DNA of 64,000 bases from Candidatus Omnitrophota bacterium (GCA_047639455.1 JBLINS010000001.1:179-64178), one strand, 5' to 3'; numbered from the stretch's first letter, positions 8,584 through 18,360 are shown. The notes: generated by a model not told the origin, from the letters alone. Made by a program: numbers and translations.

Positions 8584-8737
8584 CGTCACCCTGAGCCACG
8601 CCTGCCTGCCGGCAGGCAGGCGAAGCAAGTGGCGTGAGGATCTCACAAAAATAGTTTGTAATAGTCAGCTATCATTAAGTTTAAAAGCATTCTGGTGGAT
8701 CCTTACAGCTCTTGCTCCGCAGAGCTTCACGATGACG
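8584..8737. repeat. CGTC-type repeat doublet with nested CCTGCCTGCCGGCAGGCAGG palindrome
   Basis: CGTCACCCTGAGC ... GTGAGGATCT ... GGATCCTTAC ... GATGACG. Confidence 0.8.
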
Positions 8738-8815
8738 CTATCATCTTTCAGCTACACAGAATTTCACACGCATGCATTCCTGCTGAGACGCCGAGCACTT
8801 CACTAATGATTTAAA

Positions 8816-10042
8816 TTAAAGTTTAGTTTGGCCTGTGGTTGATTTGGGGCTGATATTTGCATTAAACTTGATCAGATCAGGATGAATTGTATTCATGAAT
8901 TCTTCAGCCGCGCGACGATGATCTGTTAATTTTACGCCAACCATATTCCATATCCCCGTAGTTGTCCGCATGATTTCGTGATCTCTCGAAATTGAATTAG
9001 CATTTTTGGCCTGCTTTGTTTTGAACAAGGGACGTATGCCAGCATCAGACTTAAGGATATCATCCACGCCGATATTTACTTTGGGAAAATAACGCTTAAT
9101 TGAATCTAATAAATATTCGATTTCATGGGTTGTGGCATGTACGAGATCAGGATTGGATTGAGAAGTTTCTGTTGTTCCAATGCGTACTTTGTCACCCATA
9201 TTTATGCAGAAGAAAATTCGCTTGTCCTTAGCTTGTAGCAAAACCGATGTGGCTAAAAATGGCTTGGTTTCGATATGACATCCACTCACAGGTGAGACCA
9301 AAGCTGGTGATGGATCTGACCCGCTCTTTAATATTTGGTCAATCCACGGCCCACCCGCATTGACTAATACCCGACCTTTATATTCTTTTTGCTCACCTTT
9401 AGAATTTTCAGTGCAGACTGTGTAAACTTGTTTTTGGACATCATGCTTATATTCAATGAGTCGTTCATATTCTTTTATGATTGCGCCGTTCTCACTGGCA
9501 GATCGTCCAACCGCTTTGACTAATTCTTGGTCAGTGGTCAGCCTATCCCAAAATTGAATACCACCAATTAGGCCATGTTCATCCAGCTGAGGCATTTTTT
9601 GTAGCATGCTTTTTTTTGTCCAATAAGCCGTCGGCGCTGTAGCTCGCCCAGAAAAACGAGCTAAGAAGTAATATAAATAAACACCCAGCATTGTAGTGAT
9701 TTTGCCTCGAGGGCTATGTTTGTATATAGGAATGATTATAGGTAGAGGTTTGACTAACTTGGGAGCTATGTATTCCAATAGACGACATTCGCCTAAGGAG
9801 AGGAAGACAAAACGAAAATTCTTATAAAAAACATCCAAGCGACCTTTTAGCAGCCCATCCCAAGCCAATTCCATATAACGAATGCCACCATGAATGAGTT
9901 TGGAGCTTTTGGAGCTGGTGCCCGACCCCAATAGGTTTTTTTCGATTAAAAGTGGCTTAGCACCCCTTAAAGCCGCATCTCGAGCAATGCCTGTGCCTGC
10001 AATTCCACCACCTATGATGATTAAGTCAAATATTTGTGCCAT
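8816..10042 (-). CDS. glpD: FAD-dependent glycerol-3-phosphate dehydrogenase (short form)
   Basis: GGGIAG, RDAALRG, GTSSKSSKLIHGGIRY, NAGGPWID, IGTTE, AGIRPL, SISRDH. Confidence 0.88.
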   Translation of the reverse strand: MAQIFDLIIIGGGIAGTGIARDAALRGAKPLLIEKNLLGSGTSSKSSKLIHGGIRYMELAWDGLLKGRLDVFYKNFRFVFLSLGECRLLEYIAPKLVKPLPIIIPIYKHSPRGKITTMLGVYLYYFLARFSGRATAPTAYWTKKSMLQKMPQLDEHGLIGGIQFWDRLTTDQELVKAVGRSASENGAIIKEYERLIEYKHDVQKQVYTVCTENSKGEQKEYKGRVLVNAGGPWIDQILKSGSDPSPALVSPVSGCHIETKPFLATSVLLQAKDKRIFFCINMGDKVRIGTTETSQSNPDLVHATTHEIEYLLDSIKRYFPKVNIGVDDILKSDAGIRPLFKTKQAKNANSISRDHEIMRTTTGIWNMVGVKLTDHRRAAEEFMNTIHPDLIKFNANISPKSTTGQTKL

Positions 10043-10197
10043 ATTAGTAGTCTAATTCCACTTGGTTATATGTATAAAAAGTATCAAAATCTTGTAATTA
10101 GGGCCTATATAGTGTAATTAAAAGGTAACAATCTTAAATATTGTTGATAGATTATAACAAATTTTAACTGATTTTAACAAAAAAATTATCTAAAATT

Positions 10198-11073
10198 ATG
10201 GCACAGACTAATATCATTGGATATAGAAAAAAACCAGCCTGGATTTATGTTGTAGCGACGTTTTTAATCCTCATTCCGCTACTTTCATACATTGAGCTTC
10301 ATTTGCGTGGAGGGGGATTCGCCACTATTCCCAAAGAGTTATTCTATCAAGAAATATTTTGTTCAGCATCTGCTGCACTAGCCATTTTGATTGTCACTCG
10401 TTTTAGTCTGCTCTATTTTTTAGGCCTTAGTACTTATTTCATTGGCTTTAAGTTAATTCAGGTTTATTCGGGTGGTTGGGGTACGCCATTTGAGTTGGCC
10501 GTGATTGTCTTTTGGCTGACGGCACCCCTTTTATTTGTAACCACTTCGCTCAAAATTCCGTATTTAAACCCCGCAGCACGTTGGTGGACGCAAGAAAAGC
10601 GTTTTACGCATATGAGTCGTGGAACTTTGAATTACAAAGGTATTAAATACCCTATTGTCATGATTGATTTTTCTGCTGGTGGCGCTTTTATTAAATTAGA
10701 TGAGCGTATTTTTAAAGAAGTTCCAAAGGATGATAAAGACAAGCGTGATGAAAAATCGATTGGTATTCGCCACCCATTTTTGGATGCCAAAGAAAGGCTT
10801 GTTGCTAAGAATTCTATGGAAGATTACCCGTCTGTTGAAGACGGCATTAAATTAAAAGTTCAAACATTACCAGGTTTAGACATTCCCTACAAAGAGGGTT
10901 ATTATGAAGTTAATGCAGAGGTGGTCTGGGCGACAAAAGCCACAGACCCAATTCAATACGGGCTAGGACTCAGATTCAAACATGATAGCTTAATCGAAAA
11001 GTTAAAGCTCAGTCGATATCTCTACGTTTTGCAACCCCGCTCTCGGCAACGCAATCACCGCGACCACACGTAA
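10198..11073 (+). CDS. Membrane protein with C-terminal PilZ-like domain
   Basis: About 4 TM helices, then RWWTQEKRF, DFSAGG, EVVW, GLRF. Confidence 0.7.
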   Translation: MAQTNIIGYRKKPAWIYVVATFLILIPLLSYIELHLRGGGFATIPKELFYQEIFCSASAALAILIVTRFSLLYFLGLSTYFIGFKLIQVYSGGWGTPFELAVIVFWLTAPLLFVTTSLKIPYLNPAARWWTQEKRFTHMSRGTLNYKGIKYPIVMIDFSAGGAFIKLDERIFKEVPKDDKDKRDEKSIGIRHPFLDAKERLVAKNSMEDYPSVEDGIKLKVQTLPGLDIPYKEGYYEVNAEVVWATKATDPIQYGLGLRFKHDSLIEKLKLSRYLYVLQPRSRQRNHRDHT

Positions 11074-11162
11074 TAACATCCAACAACACACAACAACACT
11101 TTAGCTCTTATTTACCAGAATTAAATACAAAAACTTGCTACAATAAGTTTTGTTCAGCGCTC

Positions 11163-11267
11163 CTCATCGTGAGTGGAGCTGAAAAAAATGCTCCGACGTA
11201 ACGATCTAACACTAAAAGCATTTCTGGGAGATCCTCACGTCGCTGCTACGCGCTCCCCAGGATGACA
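11163..11267. repeat. CGTC-type repeat doublet
   Basis: TCATCGTGAG..GGAGC..GCTCC..ACGATCT / GAGATCCTCACG..CAGGATGACA; similar to 25704-25840. Confidence 0.8.
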
Positions 11268-11317
11268 CATGCTGCTGACGCGTCATTTAAACTTTTTATT
11301 AAGATAGCGAGAAAATT

Positions 11318-11779
11318 ATGCCCGAGCCATTTTTACCACCTGTAAAAGAATACAATGCCAGTGATGCTAACCCTTGCGAGGGATGTAGTAATTGTTGCGA
11401 ATACCTAGCTATCGAAATAGATAAGCCATCAACCGTCCCCGATTTTGAACAAATACTTTGGTATGTCATTCACAAAAATATTTGGGTTTATGTTTGCCAT
11501 GATAGTGATTGGCATATTCAATTCAATACTCCTTGCGAAAAGCTAGATAATCGACGCTGCACCTTTTATGTCAACCGTCCATCAATTTGTAGAGATTATG
11601 AGCCTGTTACATGCCCACGTTACGATGATGGGCCGGCGGAAAAGTATATGTTCAAAAATGAACATGATCTTTTTGCTTATTTAGCCAAACGCCGCCCAAA
11701 GACATTTGAAAAATTGCGCGTTAATATTAATTTGGCAGATTATCCGCCTAAGAAAAATAGCTCACCATTAGTGAAATAG
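11318..11779 (+). CDS. YkgJ-family Cys-cluster (CxxCxxCC) protein
   Basis: CEGCSNCC, PCEKL, CTFYVNRPSICRDY. Confidence 0.88.
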   Translation: MPEPFLPPVKEYNASDANPCEGCSNCCEYLAIEIDKPSTVPDFEQILWYVIHKNIWVYVCHDSDWHIQFNTPCEKLDNRRCTFYVNRPSICRDYEPVTCPRYDDGPAEKYMFKNEHDLFAYLAKRRPKTFEKLRVNINLADYPPKKNSSPLVK

Positions 11780-11837
11780 ATTTAACTTCACGCAATATAA
11801 CTAAATGGTAACTTTCACCACAACTTAAGGAAAGCAT

Positions 11838-12059
11838 ATGCCTAGTCCAGCCGCTAATCAAAAATCCCTTAAAAAGCTTAAGGGTTCCAAAGTTAGAATA
11901 TTCAAAATCACTAATCGAGTCGGATATGCAGCTATTGCTGAAAATAATTTGACTGAGGGAGGCTCTCCGGCAGAAGCTTATGATCGTATGACCAAAGCCT
12001 TGAAGCGATCTGGCTTCGAAGTAATTGGTGCGGCACCCAAGGTTAGTAAGCACATTTAA
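11838..12059 (+). CDS. Small basic hypothetical protein
   Basis: RBS AAGGA; NRVGYAAI..NNLTEG.S..EAYDRM pattern. Confidence 0.7.
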   Translation: MPSPAANQKSLKKLKGSKVRIFKITNRVGYAAIAENNLTEGGSPAEAYDRMTKALKRSGFEVIGAAPKVSKHI

Positions 12060-12092
12060 CTCTATAGAGTTCAGCAATATTGATATAGCCTT

Positions 12093-12192
12093 AGATTGTG
12101 CCCGTGCCTGACCGCAAAGGCAGGACACTAATGCCGGTGTAGTTGGGGTGAAACCGGCCCACGTCGCTTGCTTCTCGCTTCTCGCAATGACG
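12093..12192. repeat. CGTC-type repeat with nested hairpins
   Basis: AGATTG ... CCTGACCGCAAAGGCAGG ... CTCGCAATGACG. Confidence 0.7.
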
Positions 12193-12214
12193 TTACTTTG
12201 CAAGCGCGTTTTAA

Positions 12215-12258
12215 TTAAAAAAGCCTTAGACTTCGCGAGAAGTCTAAGGCTTTTTTAA
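12215..12258. terminator. Bidirectional intrinsic terminator
   Basis: AAAAAAGCCTTAGACTTC-GCGA-GAAGTCTAAGGCTTTTTT between convergent genes. Confidence 0.9.
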
Positions 12259-12275
12259 GTTTAATAATTAGCGAA

Positions 12276-12869
12276 TTAACTTTTGATCGAAACCTTAACC
12301 ATTTTGATTTCTTCGCGTGGCTTGTCACTGCCATCCTTATCGGCGCCGGCTATTTTGTGGACTACGTCCATACCCGCTGTGACTTTACCAAAAACAGCAT
12401 GCTTGCCGTCTAACCAAGGTGTCGCCGCTTCAGTGATGAAGAATTGGCTTCCATTTGTATTGGGTCCGGAATTAGCCATAGAGAGAACTCCAGCTTCTGA
12501 ATGCGAGAGCTCAGAAACAAATTCATCCTCAAACGAATAGCCTGGACCACCCATGCCGGTACCCGTTGGGTCACCGGTTTGAATCATGAATTGTGGTATC
12601 ACGCGATGAAAGATGATTCCATCATAAAAGCCTTCATTGGCTAATTTAACGAAGTTAGCAACCGTTTTGGGGGCTTGACCAGAATAGAGTTCTATATCGA
12701 TCACGCCTTTATTTGTTTCTATTTGAGCGAGGGTTACAGAAGTGTCTTGAGCATTATTTGTCATGAGTGGGGCATCCTTTGTTTTGGGTTCAGGAGCATT
12801 TCCGGAACCAGATAGTACCAATAAACAGGTTAGAACAGTGAACACAGAAAGAATTGGTTTTATTTTCAT
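12276..12869 (-). CDS. Exported cyclophilin-type PPIase
   Basis: [48 protein letters not shown]. Confidence 0.93.
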   Translation of the reverse strand: MKIKPILSVFTVLTCLLVLSGSGNAPEPKTKDAPLMTNNAQDTSVTLAQIETNKGVIDIELYSGQAPKTVANFVKLANEGFYDGIIFHRVIPQFMIQTGDPTGTGMGGPGYSFEDEFVSELSHSEAGVLSMANSGPNTNGSQFFITEAATPWLDGKHAVFGKVTAGMDVVHKIAGADKDGSDKPREEIKMVKVSIKS

Positions 12870-12968
12870 CACAAGAGTTTGCAAAAACATCGTAATTTTG
12901 TCAATCACTAATGTAGTTTATGCCTCAATATTTGCTATAATTGTGGATAATTCAAATAGGGGAATGAT

Positions 12969-13556
12969 ATGAAAAAAATATTTGCGGTTTTAGTGTCTTT
13001 GGGAGTTTGTTTGAGTTCTGTGCTTGCTATGGCCGCTGCACCTGATTTCACATTGAGTGATACGCATGGGCAGACGCATTCATTGGCTGACTTTGGCGGT
13101 AAGCATGTGGTTCTGGAGTGGTTTAATCCTGATTGCCCGTATGTGCGTAAACATTATGATAGTGGCAATATGCAGGCGTTACAAGGTAAGTATGTAGAAC
13201 AAGGTGTTGTTTGGCTGTCTATTAATTCTTCTGCGCAAGGTAAGCAGGGTCATTATCAGCCTGGGGAGTATAATGAGATTTTGAGCCAGCGAGATTCACA
13301 AGCCACGGCTTTGTTATTGGATCATGACGGAGTTGCAGGACATACCTTTGGAGCAAAGACGACACCACATATGTTCATTATTGATCCTAAGGGTCGGATC
13401 ATTTATAGCGGGGCTATTGATGATAATTCATCAGCCAATCCTAGAGATGCGCTCACAGCCGACAATTATGTAGCTCAAGCCTTAGATGAAGCCTTAGGTG
13501 GAGATGAGGTTTCACTACCCAAAACACGTTCTTATGGCTGTTCAGTCAAATACTAG
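12969..13556 (+). CDS. Secreted AhpC/TSA-type redoxin
   Basis: APDFTL, EWFNPDCPYV, AKTTPHM, YGCSVKY. Confidence 0.88.
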   Translation: MKKIFAVLVSLGVCLSSVLAMAAAPDFTLSDTHGQTHSLADFGGKHVVLEWFNPDCPYVRKHYDSGNMQALQGKYVEQGVVWLSINSSAQGKQGHYQPGEYNEILSQRDSQATALLLDHDGVAGHTFGAKTTPHMFIIDPKGRIIYSGAIDDNSSANPRDALTADNYVAQALDEALGGDEVSLPKTRSYGCSVKY

Positions 13557-13568
13557 CAGGGAGAAATA

Positions 13569-14951
13569 ATGCCACCAAAACAAAAAGCCAAATTTCGCAA
13601 ATCCAAAGATTCTATGGGCCAAATGTTAATACCCGCAGATATGCTTTATGGAGCCTCAACCCAAAGAGCAGTATTGAATTTTCCTGTAAGTGGTTACCGC
13701 ATGTCGCGCGCATTCCTCAAGGCCTTGGGCCAATTAAAGGTTTCTTGCGCCAAAGCTAATTTAAAACTCAAATGTTTACCCACTAAACAAGTCGGGCCGA
13801 TCGTCAAAGCTGCTAGCGCTGTGCGTGATGGTGCTTATGACAAACATTTTGTGGTTGATGTATTTCAAACAGGTTCTGGCACATCAACGAATATGAATGC
13901 GAATGAAGTCATTGCTAATTTGGCTAATCGCAAATTTAAGGGTAAGAGGATTCATCCCAATGATCATGTGAATAAAGGTCAATCGTCTAATGACATCATA
14001 CCCACCACAATTCATATTTCGAGCGTATTAGAGATTCAGCAAGAACTCATCCCAAGCTTAGGTGCTTTGGCCAAAGCCTTGGCGAAAAAAGAAAAACAAT
14101 TTGCCAAAGTTTATAAAATTGGCCGTACACATTTGCAAGATGCAACACCAATGACTTTAGGTCAGGAGTTTGGTGGTTATGCCGAACAGATGCGCAAAGG
14201 TATTGTGAGGCTGAATGCTTGTTTGATTCATTTGAGAGAATTGCCTATCGGCGGCACAGCTATAGGCACGGGAATTAATACACATAAGCGCTTCGCTAAA
14301 GAGGTGTGTCGTGATTTGAACACCGCCCTTAAGACACAATTCCGTGAAGCTAAGAATCACTTTGAAGCTCAAGCCGCCAAGGACGCATGTGTCGAAGCGA
14401 GTGGTGTTATGAAGACCATTGCTGTGTCTTTGATGAAAATTGCTAATGATATTCGTTGGTTGGGATGTGGTCCTCGGGCGGGCATTTCTGAAATTTTGGT
14501 TCCGGCAGTTCAGCCTGGTTCATCGATTATGCCAGGTAAAGTTAATCCAGTCATTGCAGAGTCAGTGACGCAAGTTGCCGCCCAAGTCATTGGCAATGAC
14601 GCAACGATTACGATCGCCGGTCAATCAGGCAATTTTGAATTGAATGTCATGATGCCTTTGATTGCACATAACTTATTGGAACAAATTCGTTTATTGGCTA
14701 ATGTGAGTGGCGTTTTTAGAACGCAGTGTATTGATGGGCTCCAAGCTGATAAAAAGAAATGTGAGTCACAAATAGAAACAAGCTTGATGTTATCAACTCC
14801 ATTGGTTCCTGTATTGGGCTACGATAAAGCTGCGGCTTTAGCGAAGGAAGCGTTTAAAGCTGGATTGACTATACGTGAAGTTGTTTTGAAGCATCAATTA
14901 TTATCAGAAAAGGATTTAAGGCGTATTCTTGCTGTTAATAATTTGGTGTAG
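13569..14951 (+). CDS. fumC: Class II fumarate hydratase
   Basis: QTGSGTSTNMN, KIGRTHLQDA, GSSIMPGKVNP. Confidence 0.95.
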   Translation: MPPKQKAKFRKSKDSMGQMLIPADMLYGASTQRAVLNFPVSGYRMSRAFLKALGQLKVSCAKANLKLKCLPTKQVGPIVKAASAVRDGAYDKHFVVDVFQTGSGTSTNMNANEVIANLANRKFKGKRIHPNDHVNKGQSSNDIIPTTIHISSVLEIQQELIPSLGALAKALAKKEKQFAKVYKIGRTHLQDATPMTLGQEFGGYAEQMRKGIVRLNACLIHLRELPIGGTAIGTGINTHKRFAKEVCRDLNTALKTQFREAKNHFEAQAAKDACVEASGVMKTIAVSLMKIANDIRWLGCGPRAGISEILVPAVQPGSSIMPGKVNPVIAESVTQVAAQVIGNDATITIAGQSGNFELNVMMPLIAHNLLEQIRLLANVSGVFRTQCIDGLQADKKKCESQIETSLMLSTPLVPVLGYDKAAALAKEAFKAGLTIREVVLKHQLLSEKDLRRILAVNNLV

Positions 14952-14953
14952 TC

Positions 14954-16138
14954 ATGCGTTATAAAGGGCTGTATTTTGTAATGGCTTTTTTGCAAGGTAT
15001 TTGCTTGCCCCTAATATCTGCATCTAGCTTTATTTTTCACTCCGAACCCTATCAATTAAGCCATTCTCAATATGGGCTTGTTTTTTTATTCATGGTTTTT
15101 GCTAGCTTGAGCATCGCTTTATGCTTTAGGGCCATTTCGAGATTTTGTGGACGACCTTTGTGTTTCTTAATGGGTTGGGCAGGCCACTTAGTCTTTTTAG
15201 CCCTATTAGCTTGGTCATCACGTTTTGAGAATAATTCTGATGCATTATTTTATTTATTGCTAATAGCCAATATCTTTTTTGGGGGTGGCTTTAGTTTATT
15301 GCTCACGGTCATAAGTGCAGAATTAGTGGATAGATTTCCGCTAAAGCGAGAAGTGAATTTAACCTTATTACATGGAATATTGGGCTTGGGAGCTGCTTTG
15401 AGCCCGACTCTCGTGGCGTATTTCTTCAATATCAAATTGTGGCCAAGTGTATTTCTGTTTTGGTGTGGCGTGATGTTTGTCGTCGGCATTGCCACAATTG
15501 TAACAAAAACATTACCTTGCCTGGTTGAGGAGCCGGTTAGTAACGGACTCCCTAAAGTACGTGTGAATATTTTGGCTTATGGATTTGGACTAGCCTTAAT
15601 TGTGTACGGTACAGCTGAAGCCATGGCAGCTAATTGGACCATTCTCTTTATTACCCAAGCTAAGCAATTAGACTTTGGATTCGCGTCTTTATGCCTGACT
15701 TTATTTTGGGCATCGGTCACCGCTGGGCGTTTATGCTTGCCTCTACTTATCAAAATAATTCCCGTCAAAATATTGTATTTAAACTCGCCTTGGATTATGG
15801 CGGTCGGTTTATTTGGTCTTTGCAATTCATCCAATACGCTTTCAATCGCAGCTTCTATAGCCATCACTGGCTTAGGATGTTCTTATTTTTATCCTTTGTC
15901 AGTTAGTTTTGCTACTCAATATTTTGATCAGCATCGCGAATTCATGATTAGCCTAACTTTGGCGGGTTTAATGATTGGAGTTGGCATTGGTAGTTCGGGC
16001 ATAGGTTGGTTGCGAGATGCGAATTATTTGGATCTAGATAAAGTATTCTATGTCGCCGCATGGAGTGCAGCGGCTTTGGGGTTAATTGCTTTCACATTAA
16101 TCCACTGCATAACAAAAGTTAAGGGGAAGATGGCATGA
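14954..16138 (+). CDS. MFS transporter
   Basis: About 12 hydrophobic segments, FucP-like pattern. Confidence 0.85.
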   Translation: MRYKGLYFVMAFLQGICLPLISASSFIFHSEPYQLSHSQYGLVFLFMVFASLSIALCFRAISRFCGRPLCFLMGWAGHLVFLALLAWSSRFENNSDALFYLLLIANIFFGGGFSLLLTVISAELVDRFPLKREVNLTLLHGILGLGAALSPTLVAYFFNIKLWPSVFLFWCGVMFVVGIATIVTKTLPCLVEEPVSNGLPKVRVNILAYGFGLALIVYGTAEAMAANWTILFITQAKQLDFGFASLCLTLFWASVTAGRLCLPLLIKIIPVKILYLNSPWIMAVGLFGLCNSSNTLSIAASIAITGLGCSYFYPLSVSFATQYFDQHREFMISLTLAGLMIGVGIGSSGIGWLRDANYLDLDKVFYVAAWSAAALGLIAFTLIHCITKVKGKMA

Positions 16139-16866
16139 AATCAAAAATTCTTTATTGTGGAGATGAAGACTTGAATCATGCGGCCAAATACTTGGCTTGT
16201 GTCCTCAAATTTTTGAACCACAAATATGATTATGTTCGTTCAAACGACAAAATCCCTAGTAAATATAATCACCCATATGCATTAGTGATTTTGAGCGATT
16301 ATCCGAGTGCACGCTGGAGCAAGAAAGCCATGCAGCTATTAAAAGACAATATTTATGCAGGTAGCTCATTGCTAATGATAGGAGGGTGGGGCTCTTTTTC
16401 TGGCAACGACGGAAATTATGCTGCGACATCTTTAGCCGAGGCCTTGCCCGTAAAAATAAAGAAAACAGATGATAGATGTCAGGGGTCAGTGGCTTACCGG
16501 ATACGTAGAACGACCACAAAAAATAATTTTGGTAAACTTGATTTTAAATATGCCCCAACAATTGCTGGATTTAATCATGTCCAATTAAAAAAAACAGCCC
16601 ATCAAATATTGGCGGTTGACACGCTCAAAAATAATCCTAAAACAAATCAACTAGTCACGCAGTCATCGAGTCCTTTGCTGGCCTATGGTGAATATGGCTT
16701 AGGTCGCGTAGCCACCTTAATGACAGACTTAGCACCGCATTGGTCGGGTGGCTTTGTTGATTGGGGGCACAAGCGCCACGATCTCAAAATCGCTCCCAAA
16801 ATAGGTATTGATGTGGGCGTACACTATATTCAATTCATTGAAGAGCTGATTGGTAGCCTGCTATAA
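16135..16866 (+). CDS. Glutamine-amidotransferase-like (GATase1-like/DUF1355) protein
   Basis: VILSDYP, LLMIGGWGSF, LAEALPV, GEYGLGRV, TDLAPHW. Confidence 0.75.
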   Translation: MKSKILYCGDEDLNHAAKYLACVLKFLNHKYDYVRSNDKIPSKYNHPYALVILSDYPSARWSKKAMQLLKDNIYAGSSLLMIGGWGSFSGNDGNYAATSLAEALPVKIKKTDDRCQGSVAYRIRRTTTKNNFGKLDFKYAPTIAGFNHVQLKKTAHQILAVDTLKNNPKTNQLVTQSSSPLLAYGEYGLGRVATLMTDLAPHWSGGFVDWGHKRHDLKIAPKIGIDVGVHYIQFIEELIGSLL

Positions 16867-16873
16867 TAACGCT

Positions 16874-17368
16874 ATGAAAAAATGCCCTTTTTGTTATGAA
16901 GAAATTCAAGACGAAGCGATTAAATGTCGCTATTGTCACGAAATGCTAAAAGAACCCATTCGTGATGATACTAAAGATGAAAAATATTTGGATGAGCGCC
17001 GCCCGGCTTGGAGAGCCTATTCCAAACAATTATTTTTTGGAACATTATTACTACCTTTATTCGGTCTTGGGTTGCTATTTTACCTTTATGCATACGTCCA
17101 TCGTTCTGGCAGCTTATATGTAGTAACAAGCACTCGAGTGATAATACGCAGTGGTTTGGTCAGTAATGTGATTGATGAAATTAGCATATCGGATATCAAA
17201 AGCATGACATTGATTCAAAATTTCTTTGATCGCTTAGTTGATTGTGGCGATATTTATATGGCTACGGCAGGCACGTCAAAAATCGAAATCAAGATAAAGA
17301 ATATTTATCGCCCCCAAGAATTCAAAGATATGATTTCTAATCAAAAATCTTTTTTAATATTAAAGTAG
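16874..17368 (+). CDS. Zinc-ribbon + membrane + bacterial PH-domain protein
   Basis: CPFC..CRYC, TM hairpin, YVVTSTRV..RSG, DCGDI. Confidence 0.8.
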   Translation: MKKCPFCYEEIQDEAIKCRYCHEMLKEPIRDDTKDEKYLDERRPAWRAYSKQLFFGTLLLPLFGLGLLFYLYAYVHRSGSLYVVTSTRVIIRSGLVSNVIDEISISDIKSMTLIQNFFDRLVDCGDIYMATAGTSKIEIKIKNIYRPQEFKDMISNQKSFLILK

Positions 17369-17378
17369 GTAAGAATTA

Positions 17379-17954
17379 ATGCAGCAATTTAATATGATGC
17401 GTTTTGCAGCTGGCGGCATATCGGGCTGCCTTATGGGTTTTTTATTGGTGGGCTTGGTTTACGTAGTGCCGCAGCATATTCCCAAGCTACATCTTCAAGC
17501 GCCTAAGGTCAAAATTCAACAAGGCATTCAAGAGAAGACAGATTTATTTGGTTTGGTCGAGGGTCAATGGACTGTTGATCGTGGCATTATGCATGGCGAT
17601 GCATTGCAATACTATTCTTCAGGAGCGCTTCTTAGAGAAATGACTTATGTTGAAGGTGAATTAGATAATATCGTACGTGAGTATTATGAAAAAAAAGGTT
17701 ATCGCAGACGACCGCCCACTGGATCAATTATTCCAAGAAATATGCGCGGCCAAATCGCCGGAGAGCAAAAAGCGATTTGGACTTATGTTCAGGGGCGTAA
17801 ACAGGGTCTTTATGAATTATATTATGAAAATGGCATTCTAAAGGAGCAAGGTAACTTTGTGAATGATAAATTAGATGGTAGGCAACGCAAATTTAATACG
17901 AATGGAGAATTGATTCGTGAAAAAACATATGGAGATCGCTTAAATGGGTTCTAA
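17379..17954 (+). CDS. MORN-variant (YwqK-like) repeat protein with N-terminal anchor
   Basis: YYSSGALL, YYENGILKEQGNFVNDKLDG. Confidence 0.8.
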   Translation: MQQFNMMRFAAGGISGCLMGFLLVGLVYVVPQHIPKLHLQAPKVKIQQGIQEKTDLFGLVEGQWTVDRGIMHGDALQYYSSGALLREMTYVEGELDNIVREYYEKKGYRRRPPTGSIIPRNMRGQIAGEQKAIWTYVQGRKQGLYELYYENGILKEQGNFVNDKLDGRQRKFNTNGELIREKTYGDRLNGF

Positions 17955-18165
17955 TCAAAAGATCTTATTGATTTTGGGCGTGGTTTTGATGGTTATGGGC
18001 GCCTTCATGAATATAACTACACGTAAAATACACTCAAACACTCAATCGGCATCAAGGAGTGCGGCAGAAACTACACAAAGCTCATCATTGAACGGGAATT
18101 GGGGTGATTCGGACCCCACATCCAAGACTGATAATGCATCAACCAAGTCCTATTTTGGTAGCTAG
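17944..18165 (+). CDS. Small single-TM hypothetical protein
   Basis: Overlaps the upstream stop; TM followed by S/T-rich tail. Confidence 0.55.
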   Translation: MGSNQKILLILGVVLMVMGAFMNITTRKIHSNTQSASRSAAETTQSSSLNGNWGDSDPTSKTDNASTKSYFGS

Positions 18166-18240
18166 ATGGCAGGTTTGCCTCAAACCCAGAATATACGTTT
18201 TTTGCCAGAACCTAGAAAACTGGCTCAAAATCGTATAGAC

Positions 18241-18270
18241 TAGTAGTAGCTAGTAGTAACTAGTAATAGT
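18241..18270. repeat. Three 10-bp tandem units TAGTA(G/A)TA(G/A)(C/T)
   Basis: tagtagtagc tagtagtaac tagtaatagt. Confidence 0.7.
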
Positions 18271-18360
18271 TATCAACATCGAGTGATGTATGATTATTTG
18301 ACTAAATACTTTGCGCTATATAAAACAATAAATGACTAATAAATGAATACGGATGAAACA

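Noticed and set aside
8573-8806. ORFs 8573-8806 and 11748-12203 and other antisense shadow ORFs
   Set aside because: They overlap repeats or lie antisense to well-supported genes.
12942-12950. DnaA box / oriC
   Set aside because: A single perfect box (TGTGGATAA) with no cluster or DUE context.
17379-18165. YwqJK-type toxin-antitoxin pair
   Set aside because: The MORN-variant protein is membrane-anchored and no toxin domain is adjacent.
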